This document shows, piece after piece, positions 62,117 through 64,000 of a stretch of 64,000 bases of DNA. Source of the stretch: Podarcis gaigeae (taxonomy: Eukaryota); the NCBI GenBank assembly GCA_964106915.2, contig OZ066914.1; one strand, given 5' to 3'. The position numbers and the translations under genes were made by a program. Positions within the stretch are counted from its first letter, which is position 1, and each line of letters opens with the position of its first letter. Below the pieces are notes generated by a model. It was not told the origin of the DNA, searched no databases, and saw only the letters and a list, made by a program, of their open reading frames with translations.

Positions 62117-64000
62117 GGTTAGATGGTAGCAAATAAAACTGTCTTAACTGACCAGCAATAGTTGTTGTCATAGGTTACAAAACAAATGAAATAAGTACTG
62201 TAAAGCATTTATTTATTTATTTTCTCCATTGCTATCATGGAGCCACTCATAAATTTTGATAATGAGGGAATAAAGGAGGCAGGAAGGCTAGCCCTATGAT
62301 CAAATGCCTTCCTCTGCAGGATAGAAAACCTCACCCAGGAACTTACATGCCTCTGTTCAAATTGTCTTTTAATTTTTACATAATTGTTTCCCAGTGCAGT
62401 TGACAGCTCCTTCCCCCATACATATATGTTTACTCCACAAAAATCCTTGGACAAAAATGTGCTTTTATTCTTCAGATTAATCCCTAAATAAATGCCAACA
62501 GCTGCACGCATCCTTGAGCAGGTGGTTAATCCTCAAGGAAAATAATTGACAAGGCTGCCTCTGGGATATCCCAGAGCTCCTCTACTGAAACACTTCTTGA
62601 AATGCTTAACTGAGAGCCACCATTCTGGTTTGCTTCTTTTTTGAGGTCTACCATTTTTTCTCATACGAGGGCAGCCATTTTGAAGTCATTGCATAACTTA
62701 CAAATTAAAAGTCATCTTCTTCTGGCACGTAGAAATGTTGTTATGAGTTTTGCGGGGAGGAAGTAGGCTGTATGTAAGATTCTTCTAGTGTTAAAATATG
62801 AGTCAGGCTAGCTTTCTGTGTTGAGATGATAGCCTGGGTGATGGGCCATTAAGGGAAACAAATGAAAGGGGCTCTGTGTGAGACGGCACATGGGTGGTGC
62901 CCTCAACTCAAAGATAGTTAGAAGGACAAAGCCAGAAGGGTCAGCAGTAAGTAGGGCCAAGCCCATCACCCATTCTCCATACCTAGGCAAGTCACACAAA
63001 TTCTTGTGTGTGAGAGAAGGATGAAAGGAATCTGCCTTTTTTCAGGGAGAGATGGTGGAATAAAGCAGCAGTGAGGCAGTAAGGAAAGGAGGAGCTCTGT
63101 GTTCTGAACATCTTTTCTAGTTCTCACTTTGTTTGACAGACTCACTCCTTCACACACAGTTCCATGCTCCAGGTGAACAAAACAAAATAGCTTGTGCTGA
63201 GAGAAAAGCGACTGCCTGCCAAATAAAGGGCGAGTTTGCCAGTTTTAGTAGAAAGCAGGCAACACGTTTGTGTCTCTTATCCTGGCCTAGCTCTTACAAG
63301 GCCTACGATGGGGTGTGCGTGTAACTCTAGTCTTAGCCTCCCCCTCAGGAGAGGGTGGTGATGTGAGTTGGCCTGGTGGAGGAAAACCGTCACAGCACAA
63401 GTCAGCACTTGCCCGGTACTGCTTGCTGCTGCCGCTGCTGGAAACAGACATTACTATCCCAGCTGCCTTGACTGTCTGGTAATCAACTGGATTCCTCCTC
63501 AGGTGAAAAAAGCAAGGGCCGAACCAGATGCATTTGTTTTGAAATGCGTACTTGCTGGTTTGGCTATAGAGCAGGAAGGTATCTACCTTTATCACTAAAT
63601 GGACCATGGGGGGCAATGGGAGCAAAAACTGCCTCCTCCCCAGCTTTGCTGTCCTGCATTCACCTGCTGGAAGATCACCCCACCATACCCCAATAATACC
63701 CCAGTAATTTCCTTGGTATTGCAGCTGGGCTAGGGGTGGAATTAAAGCAACAAAGCACAGAGAAGGAAGGCAGAGGAGAGGGCAGTTTCCCCCCTGCTGT
63801 CAGTTTAGTGATAAAGGCAGAGCACCCGCTTTCACTTTATAGCCAAATAGAAGAGCATGTGTTTAACAAACACCCTGCATCTGAGCTTGGCTCTGATTCG
63901 GATCACTGGCTCCCCACAGCTCAGGGATCTCTTCCAGCACTACCTGCCCATGTTTTCCTTTGTAGGAAACACACAGTGTGTATGTCAAGTGCAATGAATC

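Noticed and set aside
63287-63625. Minus-strand ORF (MSVSSSGSSKQY...) as another alternative PKP3 first exon
   Set aside because: Only a weak donor (CTT|GTAAGA) and no homology recognised. A similar phase-1 candidate at 57213-57243 (MQSLCLIPKS-G|GTAAGG) is equally unsupported.
59400-64000. 3' exons of B4GALNT4, the upstream neighbour of PKP3 in human
   Set aside because: No recognisable B4GALNT4 peptide found by eye; it probably lies beyond the window.

Overview
Vertebrate genomic DNA. The repeat content (Sauria SINE, Squam-type SINEs, BovB, CR1) points to a squamate, probably a lacertid lizard (inference). Most of the window is a complete 13-exon plakophilin-3 gene (PKP3) on the minus strand, reconstructed by hand: ATG at 51300, stop at 12705-12707, CDS 2496 nt = 831 aa, all introns GT-AG and in phase, a ~22 kb first intron and a CpG-rich promoter. 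The last two coding exons of SIGIRR (IL-1R8) lie tail-to-tail on the plus strand (2587-2761, 5720-5913), the same arrangement as in human; both were missed by the ORF track. The rest is intron or intergenic DNA with many transposon remnants (hAT and Tigger MITEs with intact TSDs, a decayed Gypsy pol, BovB, CR1, L1, SINEs), microsatellites and one 128-N gap. I find no evidence of a wholly new biological system. The best leads are a candidate upstream alternative first exon (MSGFCSGGK, C/EBP- and ETS-flanked) that could splice in frame into a cryptic acceptor inside PKP3 exon 1, a paired ZEB/Snail box promoter architecture, a ~160-nt foldback hairpin in intron 1, a hAT MITE carrying CCCTAA units, and head-on poly(A) signals between the two genes.
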